In this document: piece after piece, positions 63,154 to 64,000 of the stretch
Layout: the number at the start of each line of letters is the position of its first letter
How positions within the stretch are numbered: position 1 is the first letter of the stretch
Source of the DNA: an uncultured candidate division Zixibacteria bacterium
GTDB taxonomy: Bacteria > Zixibacteria > MSB-5A5 > UBA10806 > 4484-95
Length of the DNA stretch: 64,000 nucleotides
Direction of reading: 5' to 3'
Assembly: GCA_963668625.2 (NCBI GenBank)
Contig: CAXXKA010000008.1
Span: 736,001-800,000, forward strand
Position numbers and translations under genes: made by a program
Notes under the pieces: model-generated
What the model saw: the letters and a program-made list of their open reading frames with translations, nothing else
Told to the model about the DNA's origin: nothing
Databases searched by the model: none

Positions 63154-63332
63154 GGGGTTGTTGAAAAAGCCATTTGTATGAGTCGCTGGACGGACGAAGT
63201 CCTTTGTTCATCTTTTTCCGGCGATATGCCGCCTATTCCAGGCGGGGGTTCGGACAGATCAGCGATCTGTCCTTACGAAAAGTTAGAATACCAATTGGAT
63301 CATAGATTCAAAATGGCTTTGGGGACAGCTTC
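63154..63332. mobile_element. Degenerate MITE-like element (~180 bp)
   Basis: Imperfect terminal inverted repeats GGGTTGTTGAAAAAGCCATTT / AAATGGCTTTGGGGACAGCTTC; no ORF. Confidence 0.45.
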
Positions 63333-63444
63333 AGGATGTCTGCCAGACATGTAATTATTACTGAACAGTTTATACCTGTTTTTTAAGTCTGCCTTTTTTC
63401 ATCCGATAAATAAAATAAAAATATCAAATTGATAGGGAGGAAAA

Positions 63445-64000
63445 ATGCGCAAGACGTTAATTTCAAGTGGGATGCTTATACTGGGTATTATTATAGCTTT
63501 ATCTGGATGTAGCAGTACCACTGAAAGCACAATAGACTCGGAACAACTTGCCGAGAGCCTTCAAGCCCAGACAGATATGATGGTATATAGTATGAGTGGT
63601 TTTATGGATGATGGTATTGACTATGTGAATTACGGCGCAGGCTATACCAAACCTGCCGATACCTCGTATTTTACATTCGATAACCAGACCTACTGGTGGA
63701 CATACACCCGCGAGTGGACGCTGGCCTCTGAAAGTATGGATTGGACTATTGATGAACTCGATAGCGTCAGATTCAGGGCCGGTGATACTTATCAGGTATC
63801 TCCCGATGAGACCACTGACGGGCTCGAGGTACGTATAATCGGTGAGGATTTGATGTCGTTCACGATTGACTCCACCATGGGCGCTCAGTACGATATAGAT
63901 TTCGATTTCGACAATGCCGATAGCGATACAGTCGATGTAGACGGTACTTTCGATTATATCCTGGAGATAGTTATGGGCGATTTCGAATTCGCTTATGATT
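63445..64000 (+). CDS. Acidic lipoprotein paralog of 62117, 3'-truncated (absent from ORF track)
   Basis: GGGAGG RBS; MRKTLISSG...LSGCSS; shares KPAD, DSVR, PDETTD with 62117. Confidence 0.85.
   Translation, partial: MRKTLISSGMLILGIIIALSGCSSTTESTIDSEQLAESLQAQTDMMVYSMSGFMDDGIDYVNYGAGYTKPADTSYFTFDNQTYWWTYTREWTLASESMDWTIDELDSVRFRAGDTYQVSPDETTDGLEVRIIGEDLMSFTIDSTMGAQYDIDFDFDNADSDTVDVDGTFDYILEIVMGDFEFAYD

Noticed and set aside
1-64000. tRNA (including selC), rRNA, CRISPR arrays, prophage, intact transposases, selABD
   Set aside because: None recognised by eye; the Sec machinery needed for the main finding would have to lie outside this window and is unverified.

Overview
A 64-kb bacterial chromosomal window with no phage, intact transposase, rRNA, tRNA or CRISPR seen. 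Many secreted proteins end in a YPNPFN...KMxLLK (T9SS type-A/FlgD-Ig-like) domain and one ends in a dockerin-like pair, which suggests an FCB-associated lineage such as Zixibacteria (inference). Housekeeping genes are engB, purA, acpS, folB, folK, panB, panD, rho, rsfS, bioY, mutM, sod and gatC. Main observations: (1) two tandem paralogous secreted proteins (25634-27970, 28182-30473), each split in the ORF track by an in-frame TGA in a C-x-x-TGA motif followed 16 nt later by a covarying hairpin with a GU loop, i.e. a probable unannotated selenoprotein family; (2) a four-gene membrane-complex module (FN3/DUF6754-like + 3 membrane proteins) triplicated in tandem (31023-42238); (3) a 184-nt end-paired 6S-like ncRNA with its own promoter and terminator; (4) a ~105-nt rod-like RNA structure in the rho leader; (5) an Omp28/thioredoxin-like pseudogene with three lesions; (6) Fur boxes before sod and before a secreted CxxCH protein; (7) small non-autonomous repeats after terminators. 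All family calls come from motif recognition, not database searches.
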